Source of the DNA: Balanoglossus misakiensis
Taxonomy: Eukaryota; Animalia; Hemichordata
Reading direction: 5' to 3'
Assembly (NCBI GenBank): GCA_040954595.2
Contig: CM082579.2
Coordinates: forward strand, 8,855,625-8,919,624
Length of the DNA stretch: 64,000 bases
A program made the translations under genes and the position numbers. Position 1 is the stretch's first letter; each line of letters opens with the position of its first letter. Shown here piece after piece: positions 52,443-64,000 of this stretch. Below the pieces are notes generated by a model that was not told the origin of the DNA, made no database searches, and was given only the letters and a program-made list of their open reading frames with translations.

Positions 52443-55400
52443 TTATGCAAACATTACCTTGAAAACATTCTGCTTGGACCCGTCATCTTGGAAGGTAGGA
52501 TTTATGTATGCGTCATCAGCCACCGGTGTGCTGGCACTGCAGAAAAAAGGCAAACGATATACGCAGAGCAAGTTAGTAGAACAACGGAAAACCACTACAA
52601 AATGGCGGGAAAATAGAAAAGTAAAGTAATATAAAGATACAATAATGTTGATAGCACAACGTTGGCTATTACAGAATATGTCTTCTTCGTCTTGTGTTGA
52701 CTGAGAATGTCCTCCCACATAAACTCTATATCTTCGCAAGATCTCGCAGTGTCTCGTGGAGTTCGGGAAATTGTCTATTCACAAAACGGTATCTACGAGA
52801 CTCAGTTCTAAATAGGCTTCTGCATGCATGAAACTTACGGTTTGTTTGTCTTGTGTTTGTTAACGCATGTGGTCTGAATCAGCCATAGCACAAATAGGAC
52901 AAGAATGACCAGAGCTAACCCTCCAAAGCAACCTATGAGAGCCCACTGCCAGGTAAGGAGACCAGTCTCTGAATGTAGAAGAGAAAACAACTGCGGACAT
53001 TAACATTACTGTTTCACTGTTTTTGAGCACACATTCTTATTCACCGGGTTTAATTAAATACGGTACTGCTGTATTCAAGTTCTCTTAGACATACATCTTG
53101 GGACCTTGGAGCCACCATATCGACTCTTAGCAAAATTTGGGACATAAATATCACATGTACATGTGTATATGCGTTTTCAAGATCACGATGTTGTTCTGAC
53201 GTCAGAACTACCCGAGGAACTTCAAATATTATTTTCAAAGGAGACTAAAATTACTTTGTGGAAAACTTCACTGACCTAAACTGCAAAAAAAACTTAATTA
53301 ATTCTTTTGCCTGCGACAACCCATCGACATTTGCTACAGAGAAAATGCGTTAGAAGTGCTAGTTTCCGTCGCCGGAAAGTTGTGGTCACATGATTGCTCA
53401 CGCCTATACCTACGTACCTTCAAGTTTGCAAGATGGAGAGTCGCCATTCCAAGTGCCGTCTGTCTGACAGGTTCTGTTGCTCGACCCTTGCAGGACATAC
53501 CCAACTCCACATTGATATTCTACGGTGCAGCTGTATGTTGTGCACGTGACGAGCAGAACTCCGTCGCTCACGTCCCCGGGGTCTCCACAGTCGACAACTT
53601 TGCAGAATAAATAAAGGTGTATCATCAATGAAGATGTTCAACTGGGAAATTATTCGTTGTTGGTGCGGTAGTTTAACTTGTGACATTTTGTATGTATGCA
53701 GTCAACACTGAAGTTAACAGCGTGGTTTGGCCTCGCCACCATTAGGTAAATGCATGAGAGTCGCGAAGGGATAAATAAAAAGTTAAGCAAAATATAATAC
53801 TTTATGTCTTATAGTTGACATATTAAGAATGGTGAAAATGCAATTTCCAAAATCAGAACAGCGACAGTAGTTATTTTACCTTCACAATCTGGTGGACTGC
53901 CACTCCATGAACCATTTTCCAGACACCGTCGTTGGTGAGACCCAGTCAAGTTGAATCCTTCATTGCACGAAAAAACAGCATTCCCGCCTTCGGTGTATTT
54001 GTCCACGACCATGCTTCCATTGGAAGGTGCAACGAGAAATCCACAGCTTACAACTTGTAGAGAGCAGACGATAAAGGTTTGATTCGTGTAAACAAAATGA
54101 ATTTACAAAAGGGGTGGGGGGGGGGGGGGTTACTGGTGTTCAAGAAACATGGATGTCGCGTGACCAGGACTTTATAATCATGAGAAATTGTATACTTTAA
54201 TCGCGGTTTTTTAATATGACATCGATAATTGACAGAAATGTATAATTCCTGAAACGGTCTGTTTTGTTTGTGTCACAGCCGTGATAAAACTTAAACTTTC
54301 AGAAGGCGAAGTGTTGTGAGATTGACTGTTACCTTTGGCAGTGTCTTGGACAAAGGCGTTGTACTGCCCCACCGCCTCCTTGGATGCTTGGGCCACGCTC
54401 TCACTGCCTGTCACCTGGTAGTCGAATAGACATTGGGTGTTTTCGCCGCACAGTGCAGCGACCTCGTCGGTGACGTTTGTCGTTACATCAAAGTCGGGCT
54501 CGTAGCCGTAGTCGTTGACCGTGGCGTGACTCTCTCCGGTGTCGTATCGAAACAGGGAATCCTCTTCTGAAACATTCCCTACAATTTGATTAAGCATGGT
54601 TTCTTAGGGATTGGTCAGTTTCTTCGGTCGGGGGGGGGGGGTTGGATTCATGGGGGAGGTCACCCTTTTTTAGAGCTGGGTGATGGGAGGGGGGTCACCC
54701 ACTTTTCCGTGTTTAATGGGGGGGTCAGTCCCTTTTTGATATCCACACAATAGCATCCACCGCCCCTCGGCAAAAAAAGACTGACCAGTCCCTTATCAGT
54801 CGAATGGTAAGAGCATGTTAATATCTATTCCAAAGCTACTTTTTCTAGAATCACTCACACGTCATTCCAAACGAGTAGTGGATCTCTCGAAGGGTCGACT
54901 CCGGTGACAGCTGCACTCCAGTGGTGGACATCAAGTCATCATCCGGGTCATCGTTCCACGTTCCCATGAGTCCGCGCGTCTTGCCCTTCATGGACGGCGG
55001 CCCGAACAGCATGTACGACATCATCAGCATCCCTTCTGTAGCCGTGACCTGCACCGATACCCCATTGGTGAACATGACCGTAATCGTTGACGTGTTCCCC
55101 ACGTGGTCCTTAACCACCGAAACACCTGTCATAAGAATATGTCTGGGCATCAGCATGGATAATTAAAAACTGCACAACTACATGACTTTTTCTGAATACC
55201 TTTTCCAATTTCTCATGCACAAGTAAGTCGTTTCTGAGATCTGTGACAGTATGTTAGAAACACGTCCTTGTATAACGACTTCAGTATATATGAAAGTTGG
55301 AAGTTTCTAACGTTAGTGACAAAATACATGATAACTAGTAAAATTGCGGTAGTAGATACATGTACGTGAAAATGTTTTGTATAATATATTCAGGTGCTCT

Positions 55401-55738
55401 AGTATCGGCATTCGTACGTCGACGTCTATAAAACGTTCAAATTCCAACAACAGAATGCCCTAGTGCTTTATCTACCCTACATCTGCATCCATGTGATATA
55501 AAATTCGGATTATGAATCCTACCATTAAACGCCCAGAAATTATTCTCCTCGAAATCCGCTCTTTGCCAGCCGATGATATTTCCTTCTGTAGTGTTTATCC
55601 ACGCGTCCAAGATTCTTCGCTCATTCACCTGGATTTGAACGGTGTCGGAAGCTGCCGAAGCCATGGCCACGGCAGTGAATACGGTGGCATTTTGGACTAC
55701 TTCACCTGCGATAGATTCACATCACCATTTTAGAATAC

Positions 55739-55834
<96 letters not shown>

Positions 55835-58800
55835 ACAAGACAAACGACGACGACGACAACAACGACAACAACAGCAATACTAGTACATATTAAATACACG
55901 AGGTAACACAATGTCATCGTATCGCGTAGAAGATCTTGGAGAAATAAGTTAGGATGTTTTCCATCCTAAACAATCATTGAAATAGCCAAACCTGACAGCA
56001 GTTTTAGCTTCGTCATCCTGCCTTGCATATCGAAAGTGTTGTTTGTTGTCTTGACTAACCAAAACTCCCCATGACCGTTAAACGTGTACTCCAAACCGTC
56101 CAACGTGATCAGATGGGGATCTCCAACCCCACCCCCTGAAAAAAAGCACAATATTTGTTTGTTCAGATGATATCTAAACTGAATACTCTTGAAGTACTTT
56201 AAACTGAAAGATAGTCAGAATATACAGCTGGTGGACCTTTAAAATTAACTTTATATTCATATCGTACTCAAATTGTTTATCATGATAACAAATCGAACTA
56301 CTGGCTCACTACACGAACCTCAGCAGGCCAGATGAAAATTGAAATCAGCGAATACCGGGACCAACGATTTTCTGTATGTAGTGCATATTTGTGTGTAAAT
56401 ATAAACTGAAAATCTGAATTGTGACGTCACAAGGACTATGCCGCCCTCATCGCCATGCATACCTGGCGCGGGAGGCTCGTAATCTTTGCAGTCGTCCGAC
56501 GGTCTCTTTTGAAAGTAAAAATGGCAGAGTTGAGAGGAATAGAAACAGCAGTGTTCCCACGGCAACAAGTCATTCAGGTAGTGAGACAAGTATGGCACCT
56601 TTCCCGGAGACTTGTAGGGATGAACGCCATTATGATGACGTCGGTGAGAGGTACCGCCACTATTCTCATCAGGGCCGTCTATCAAATTTCCTTCGTCGTT
56701 ATAGCAACATTGCTGTCCGGAACCATGATCGCTGAAAGGTTAACAATGCCGTGTACACACAGTTAAAGACATTTGGTATTTAGTGATAAGGTACGTCTAA
56801 CTACTCAGAGCAAAAGACGCACACATGACGTGTAAATAACAATCGCACTCATTTTATGTGGATATTTAACCCATTCTTAAAAGAGATACAAATCATCTGT
56901 ACTTTATTATATATATATGTCAGTACACGTACATGTATTGATGTTGCAATTAGAGCGACCCGATATACCATGGTTGGTGCAAAAAGTGTAACTTTTGTGT
57001 CTTTAAATGCGATGGACTATGTGATGTTTGTCCTGTGTCACGTGAGAATGTCTCCCTATATAAACTGCCTAGCCACGCGAGATCTCGTTGGGTCTCGTGG
57101 AATGCAGAAAATGGTCTATTGGTTACCTTGATTCAGTAGCTCTGACACAGTGCGCTGCCAGTGGTTTTCTGTGGCAATTCTCGGCGTGCGACCACGCTTC
57201 GTTACAGTACGGGTGGGCCGTAAATCGGCCAGTGTCCACCCTGGCTTGCTGTAGCGTGCACGGGCAGGGCTCCAGGTCGTCCAGGAAGCTTTTGTCTTTC
57301 TCGGAGGACGACCAGTCTTTGCAATTCTGGCGCGCATCTATGTTGTATTTCCATTTCAGCGAATGGATGCCACTCCAGAGTGATTGTGGATGCCTATATT
57401 TTAACAGGAAGACAACGTTATTTTTTTATTAAACAATAAACATTTCCGACTGTATTGAAAAATACAGCATGAGCCGGGGTGTGTTAGTCGTCAGCCTATT
57501 GACATAATTTCAAGTTCACTCAATTATCCCGAGGGAGTGTCACCCACCCCAAAAAGAACACTGTTGATGTTTTTGTCGGGCTCAAACGCAATACATGAAT
57601 GTCGTTTTCCATCTCATTCGGGCGATGAGAGGAATACAGGCCAGACTTTTCGCAAACCTTGGAGGCAGACTTGGCATTTACAGACAATGCAACATGAGAA
57701 GAGTTTGATTTGAGTGCGCGCGCATGCGCTTCCCATCACTTACTCATCTAGAGAAGATTCAGATTCCGTCAGCCTGATAGCTCCTATGTGGTATCGCTCC
57801 TCCGAAATAATGTCTCTCTCAAATGTAAACGTTCCGGTGTTGTCGACGTCGTCGTCAATGCTCTCAGCCAGTCGCAGTTCGGCAACCCCATTAACGGTGT
57901 CCTCGACGTAACCGTAGAGGGAGGCCTTGAGAATTTGGCCGCCAATGGTGTCGGGGTCCCAGGTAATCTGGACATCGTCCGTCTGGTGCCAATTCAATGC
58001 ATCGACTCGTTTAATCAGTGGGATTCGATTTTCTTCACTCACTGAAACAAAAGACCAGAACAATGATTTTGGTACGTTATTCGAACTCAACTCTATATTG
58101 AATATAGTTGATGCTAATTCGTGCAATAATTAAATTTATTGATATTTGAATAAATATTGGTTTTATTTGGCTATTAGATTTTATTTTCAAACTTACCCAC
58201 GGTGAAAATTCCGCGATACTTATCATAGCTGGCGCCCCCATCGATTGATAAGCTGAATTCCAGCCTGCCGACTTCATAAAAGATTGGTGTCGAACAAGTG
58301 GCGGTCCAGTCATTCTCTTTGGTTGCCCTGACAACATTATCGCCAAATTTACAGTATATGGCACCGCTGCCGAAGCACGGTCCAGAGACGTATATGCGTT
58401 GTCCCCCAAGCATGTATCCGAAGGTCGGATAGACGCTCAACACACCTATGATTGTGATTGTCAAGACAAAGAACAGTAGCGATAAATCTATTTTGGACGT
58501 CCATCACGCATTTTCTGTCCGGCGAATGCCCTGTGTGGCGCCCTGTTGAACGTCGCATGTTAACAAAGCAAGCACAACCCTTGCAAGTACTGAAAGAGCA
58601 GATTTTATTTGTGACCTTTTCTCATGTAGCCAGTGTTTCTGTTTAGGTTTGTCTACATTTTTACTAATAGAAGTCGGCTGGAAGAAGACTGATCCAAGTT
58701 TGTTTGAATATAGGTTGTAGGCAATAGAACTTGTCTGTAGTTTTGAAGGCAATTACATGTAAGACGGAAGGCGTGAGCGCGACCGTGGACTTTACAGAGA

Positions 58801-61800
58801 ACAAGACTATCATATTCTGTACACAAGTGGCTTAAAATGTTTCAGGAAACACACTCAGACATACCCTCTGTATTGCATCCGCCATCTTTGATTTCTTTGT
58901 CGTCAATCTGGAATATAAATCTACCAATTACGCCGACGTTACTCCATGTATCAATGTTGACGATGTCATCTGTGCGGGACCCATTGACGGTGTGGTAGGT
59001 CATGCCATCTCCGGCGTTGAAACCGACCTTGAAATGGAACGATCGACGGAAAATTAGACAATCGTTTAGTATTTTCATCCACAACAGTTCAACATGTGTT
59101 CAACCTCTGCCTGTGTATATTATATACCACCACCACCACCACCACCACCACCACCACCACCACCACCACCACCACCACCACCACCACCACCACCAGAGTC
59201 ATCATCATCTATATAGATTCCTTACAATGTCAATATTTTCATGTATATTTGCGCACTGAATACAGTGCATCGGTGTATGCAAAATGCCTCCAAAGGGATG
59301 CTATACTGTCATTGGATATATTGACACATAGTATAAAATATGCTTGGTGGTGACGATTCAATTTAATGCGAATGATGAACGGTCAGATTTTACTGCAGTG
59401 ACATACCTGAGCCGGAATCCCGCCCAATCCAGTGTCCCAGTCACCGCCACTGGCAGCACCCGTCGTCCACGTCACATTTTTATAGTGATATATTGCAAAC
59501 GAGTGTCTCCCGTTTGTCACCAAAATACACTGAAGCGTATTTCTCTGTGTTCAGTGCAGAAAAGGAAACTAGAATTAAGTACGGTGTGGATTACAGCGGA
59601 GTTAAATTTTAAAACATCTTTGAGTTTGACAACATTAACATTATCGCTTATCGTCTCTACCTTTCCAAAAATGACTACAACCTTGCTGAATGCTTCATAT
59701 TTATCGTGAATCAATTTCAATCAGTGCGCATGCACTGTAGATTTTTGGCTCAAACATTCTTGCCGCCAGGTCTTGACTATCAATAGTTGTCCTGGAGAAC
59801 GCCGTGACTATGTCATCTGTCTGTCATTTGTTTGCGGTCTTACAACATGTTGCAAACGATTTCCCCCCAGCTCTTATATACATATTCTCTTCCTTACAAG
59901 TAAACTGCAGAAAACCTATGCGCATATGAGCACAAATACTGTGTATATATATGGCAAAAACACTGTTATGACAACGCTTACTCAGTCTACAACCACATTT
60001 ATCAAACAGGTTTTCTCACCAGTTTTTCTCCTATGTAAGAAGCACCGTAGAAGGCGACATTGTCCCAAGTTGCAACCATCAGCCAGGTTGTCGTAAAGCT
60101 GTGATGTGAAGGGAAGACGCGGCGAATCTCCTCCGTGGCTCTGACCAGCAGCATATCATCTGGGTCTGTGATTTCCCTGTGGTATACCTCGCCACCGATT
60201 CTCGTGTCGATGTCTGCCCAAAAGGGCGCCACCAGTCGTCGGTTGCCATCCAATGGGAATGGCTCGGGAGTGAATGTAGTCACGAAATCAAGGAACGAAA
60301 TCACCCCATTATTGTTTATCTGAAATATAAAATGAGTATAAAATAGAAAATGCAGACCATAACAAATTAAAAACAAAACACAGTTGCATTGTTATTGCAA
60401 GCAAAACCACGTTCATGCAAATAGCAGCTTCTTTGCCGGTAAGAATAATACTGATAGAATTTCAAGGCTCCCGTACATCTCACGCACCAACAGTTAACTC
60501 TGGTAACTTTCAATACATATCTTTGTACACTAGGTGCGTGGTTATTTGATAATATTTGGTGTTTTATGAGTGTATATTCAAATATGGATCACTACTATTA
60601 ACTGCAAGCTCACAGCCATGTATAAACATTTTTATCATCAGTCCATATGAATTTGTGTACTCTAATCGGGTTCACAATGCAAATCAAATACTAAAAATTT
60701 ACTGACCCAAAGAGAATTGTGGTTTTCATCGAAGAACGGGAATGGAATCGAAATAAAAACTTCGTCAGAGTTTCCGTCATCGTTTTTCACGTTCTGCCTG
60801 TCTCCAACCTCTGGTCCGTATGGGAACATCAAATCTGTTCCATCATTGGAAGTCCGAGAAGTAATGAGATTAGCGTGAGTAATATTTGAATCGACATGCA
60901 ATGTGGCTTTACGTAAAATCCAAATGGAAAGCTTGTAAGAGTCTTATTTTAAGTAAATCTGTTTTGCGTGGCTGTGCGCTGAAGATTTTCGGAAGACACC
61001 TCTTAGCTGCGACAGCAAGTCAACAAACAATATGACTGATGATTGGTCAGTTGTAAACGTCGACAAAGGGAACGAGTCGAGTTTATACAAAAATGGGATT
61101 CGCTCGGAATTTCGAAGGAAATGTCCATGTATACCTACATCGAATACCTAACAAAGAAATCATATTTTTTTGACATTTTAAAAATGAAATTAAACATATC
61201 GGGGACAGTTTTTGGGTGTGATTAATGATGTCAACTGCATCATTGCCTGCATACCGTCATAGCATGGGTTATACGTTGAATTCGAGTGCCCTATTGACTC
61301 TGCGTACGTCATCATCAGCCCACAATCATCTCGAAGTCTTGATTTCATCGCTGCAATAAAAATAAGTTGAGAGTATTCGTTTTATTTTATGAGATACTGG
61401 CTCCTCATCCAGTCAGAACACGGCTCAGTGGAATCTGTGAACGATGTTGGGTGAACTCGATTTAAAAGAAATAGCGCTGCATTTCAATATGTCCGGTTCG
61501 CCTTATCGATTCAACACAGACAATTATGTGAGTAGCACGTTCTTTTTTATACACAGTCTCGTACCAAGTGTATGACATGCATATTACTGTAAGTAGATGA
61601 TGTGCATAAAGGGAGAACTTGCCAAAAGCATTACTGGCGAAGCGTAAACCTTCAAACATTTTATCAATTCGCCGAGACCAAGTAAATCATTAATAGTATC
61701 ATATCTCAGGTTACCAAAGATGCACATAAGTTAGGCTTCAGCAGGTGTGTATCCAATGCACACAATGCAAATATACAAAACGACATATCCAAATGAAAAT

Positions 61801-62443
61801 TAATATGAATAAATATGAAAGATCAACAGGTTATCAAACAGTTTTCGTGCCCTATCTTTACCCTCATTTCGGAGCTGGCCGACTGTCCGTTCAGTACAAC
61901 GACCATGGCATGTACATATACCGTATTCATTCCATGATGACCCCTGCTCGATTGAAAGACTCCCAAGACTATTTGATTAATTTATACCCATAGATACTTT
62001 CGATAAGACCCCTTCAGGGGACACTCCTACAATGTGTACTGGAATAATGAAATATTGGCGTTACAAATTGTAAAAAAAATATCATGTGGACAAATTTGTT
62101 CTGAATTGCGACGATATTAAACTGTCTGACGTAACCAACAAGGTACTTTTTTATCCGTGTGTTATATTTAATATGGCGTCGAATGGGGGTATCATCTCAT
62201 AAAATTAAATAAATCATCGAGACACTCACCGGTATCCGTAGCTTCTACAAACACGGGGTCGTGGGTGTAGGTCACGCATATTTGCACCCAGTTCTTGCCG
62301 GCTTCGTTGACCTCGTCCCAGAAGTCCGGAGTCGCGTACCTGGTGAAATGCGAGTCCACCAAAGCCGTCTTCACCTCAACCGGGTACGAGTCGAAGCCCC
62401 GCACCAGAGTCCTCGTCTCGTTGATGTAGTACGGCAGGTCGGC
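52443..62443 (-). CDS. Paralogue C (5'-partial): Mesh/SUSD2-like membrane protein (C-terminal part of GH24-like domain, NIDO, IPT, AMOP, VWD, 2 Sushi, TM, tail)
   Basis: Exons: 62230-62443, 61255-61350, 60707-60834, 60020-60319, 59407-59544, 58865-59027, 58197-58445, 57744-58041, 57127-57393, 56463-56731, 55992-56135 (VGDPH), 55523-55705, 54859-55125, 54333-54578, 53880-54053, 53418-53597, 52839-52968 (TM WALIGCFGGLALVILVLFVLWLI), 52443/52458-52536 (YINPTF). Many exon lengths equal those of gene A (214, 96, 128, 138, 163, 267, 144, 174, 130). The signal exon and first lysozyme-like exon were not found within the window. Confidence 0.88.
54604..54795. mobile_element. MITE-like element with ~18-bp imperfect TIRs and a G-tract interior, intronic in gene C
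   Basis: Left TAGGGATTGGTCAGTTTCTT versus right AAGACTGACCAGTCCCTTA; both ends are in a TA context. Confidence 0.6.
55741..55872. repeat. Compound (AAC)n(ATC)n(GAC/AAC)n trinucleotide microsatellite, intronic
   Basis: Directly visible. Confidence 0.96.
59127..59193. repeat. (CAC)n microsatellite, intronic
   Basis: About 22 units; source of the poly-His and poly-Thr ORFs. Confidence 0.96.
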
Positions 62444-62514
62444 CTGCAACGGGTGTAGACATTGTTGTTCTCAAACTGGCAACATTTACTGTTAGACTGA
62501 AGACCTACATGTAT

Positions 62515-62692
62515 ATACACCCTTTTCATAAGTCCAGCGCACTCACGCAGCATCGTGAATTTGAATTCAAAGCGAGGCCAATTGGGGAAACACCCTTGAT
62601 GTGATTGGTCAACTTTCCCCCATTGGCCTCGCTTTCATGATATAAATCTATGATGGCTGCGTTAGAGCGCTAGACTCATGGAAAGGGTGTAT
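62515..62692. mobile_element. ~180-bp imperfect palindrome (foldback MITE-like)
   Basis: Outer arms ATACACCCTTTTCATAAGTCCAGCGC..ACGCAGC / GCTGCGT..GCGCTAGACTCATGGAAAGGGTGTAT; inner arms AAAGCGAGGCCAATTGGGGAAA / TTTCCCCCATTGGCCTCGCTTT. Confidence 0.7.
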
Positions 62693-64000
62693 TGGGTTCT
62701 TCGTTTCTCGTCAGGTCCTTGCATGAGTAGGTTCCTGAAGGGTGTGTCGAAACCTGACTCTATAGGTATATTTTGCAACGCCTAATCGCAAATAAAAATT
62801 ACAAATAATGAGTCTCTTTACTTTAAATGAGGGGAAGAGTGTTAAACAGGTAACGCAACAGTGGTATACTACGAGAAGAATTCTTAACTCGAAAACAAAG
62901 TTTGACTTGCTTCCTTGTTTATTCACCAAAAAACTTGATTGTTTTTCTGTTTTCTCACTCCGATGTTGACAGGGAGATTGACCCGAGGGTACCGTCGGTC
63001 GATCGAACACTCGGACTATTGCCCGGCCTGCATAACAACCACGAAGCCAACCGGCACGCAATCGGCTGTTGGCATTACGTGATTTATTCGCCTCCGGCAT
63101 ATTACATTACCATGTTTCTAAAAAACATACCACAGGTTGCAAAATGTCCTCGCTGCAGAGATGTTTCGACATTGGCACCCCACAAAGTGTAGGCAACAGA
63201 TGTTCATTGTCAGATTGAGATCTGTCTTTGAAACATGCGTACCGGTTGAAAAATCATCGAGGAACACTTGTTTTTCACGGAAGGGTAGATTAGAAGGCAA
63301 CTTACTATCAGTAACACTGCTTTGTCATCTAGTTCCACTAAACATCAAAGAAAGTCCAGGAAAACGTTGAATTTTAGTAAATTGCATATGGCCATTTTCT
63401 ATAGAGCAAACTTGTTTTATTTATTTAGACAGCTTGACACATTATACAAAAGACCGTATTTCCTCAAGGAGTACACCATGACGTGCCAGTGTGAACCCAA
63501 TTTAACCCAGCAGTCTAAACGTCAGTTGTTCTCGTCACTTTATTTGTATTAAGTCATGTTTTCATATTTCGGTATGTTTGGAACTTGTGGCGCGGCGAGT
63601 CTAAACAACACTTACAAGTTGACAGCGTCATTAACAATTGGGCGAGAAAGTTACTGATTGTTAAATAAGAAAATACTTGCGTCATGGCTGCCAGCTACGG
63701 CCACAGTCGTTTGGGAGTTGTTACAGGGCGATTGCTCCCATGACTAATAGAAACGTCATTAATAGCAGCAATCACCGTGTAACTTCGAAGCGACCGTGGC
63801 TAATGACTGATTTAATATAACCTGACATGGCATTGGCGGCCAACACATCCAGACGAATGAAGTCGCAGCGTCATACAAGACAATTGCCTGAAAATAATAG
63901 CTGACGAAAAGCCGGATACTGCGTTTTAATTTCAGATATGGATCAGGACACTGTTATGTAAGACATGACCATACCCCGTTGCAAGGACCAAGGACAAACA

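Noticed and set aside
62444-64000. Missing 5' exons of gene C
   Set aside because: Donor-like sites near 63305 and 63615 do not translate to anything resembling the signal or first lysozyme-like exon; those exons probably lie beyond the window.

Overview
Eukaryotic (animal) genomic DNA, probably a marine invertebrate (inferred from gene content and GT-AG introns). Bases 1-10009 are an 88-bp, ~28% GC satellite array (~114 copies, open at the left edge) with internal block duplications. The rest is an alternating five-gene cluster, <-A, S8 protease->, <-B, UST-like->, <-C. A, B and C are paralogous Mesh/SUSD2-like type I membrane proteins (NIDO-IPT-AMOP-VWD-Sushi(n)-TM); C lacks its 5' end in the window. 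The plus-strand genes are a secreted proteinase-K/PCSK9-family subtilase with two hevein-like domains and a uronyl 2-O-sulfotransferase-like gene. The main observation is that all three paralogues carry, just before NIDO, a spliced ~190-aa domain that aligns by eye with T4/GH24 phage-type lysozyme. Where its N-terminal exon is visible (A, B), the catalytic Glu is kept and the rest of the triad is degenerate. This suggests a membrane-tethered lysozyme-fold receptor family. A Helentron/HINE-like element with a 237-bp internal tandem array, several MITE-like palindromes and microsatellites lie mostly in introns. All exon structures were called manually from splice signals, phase compatibility and paralogue comparison; no RNA data or database search was available.
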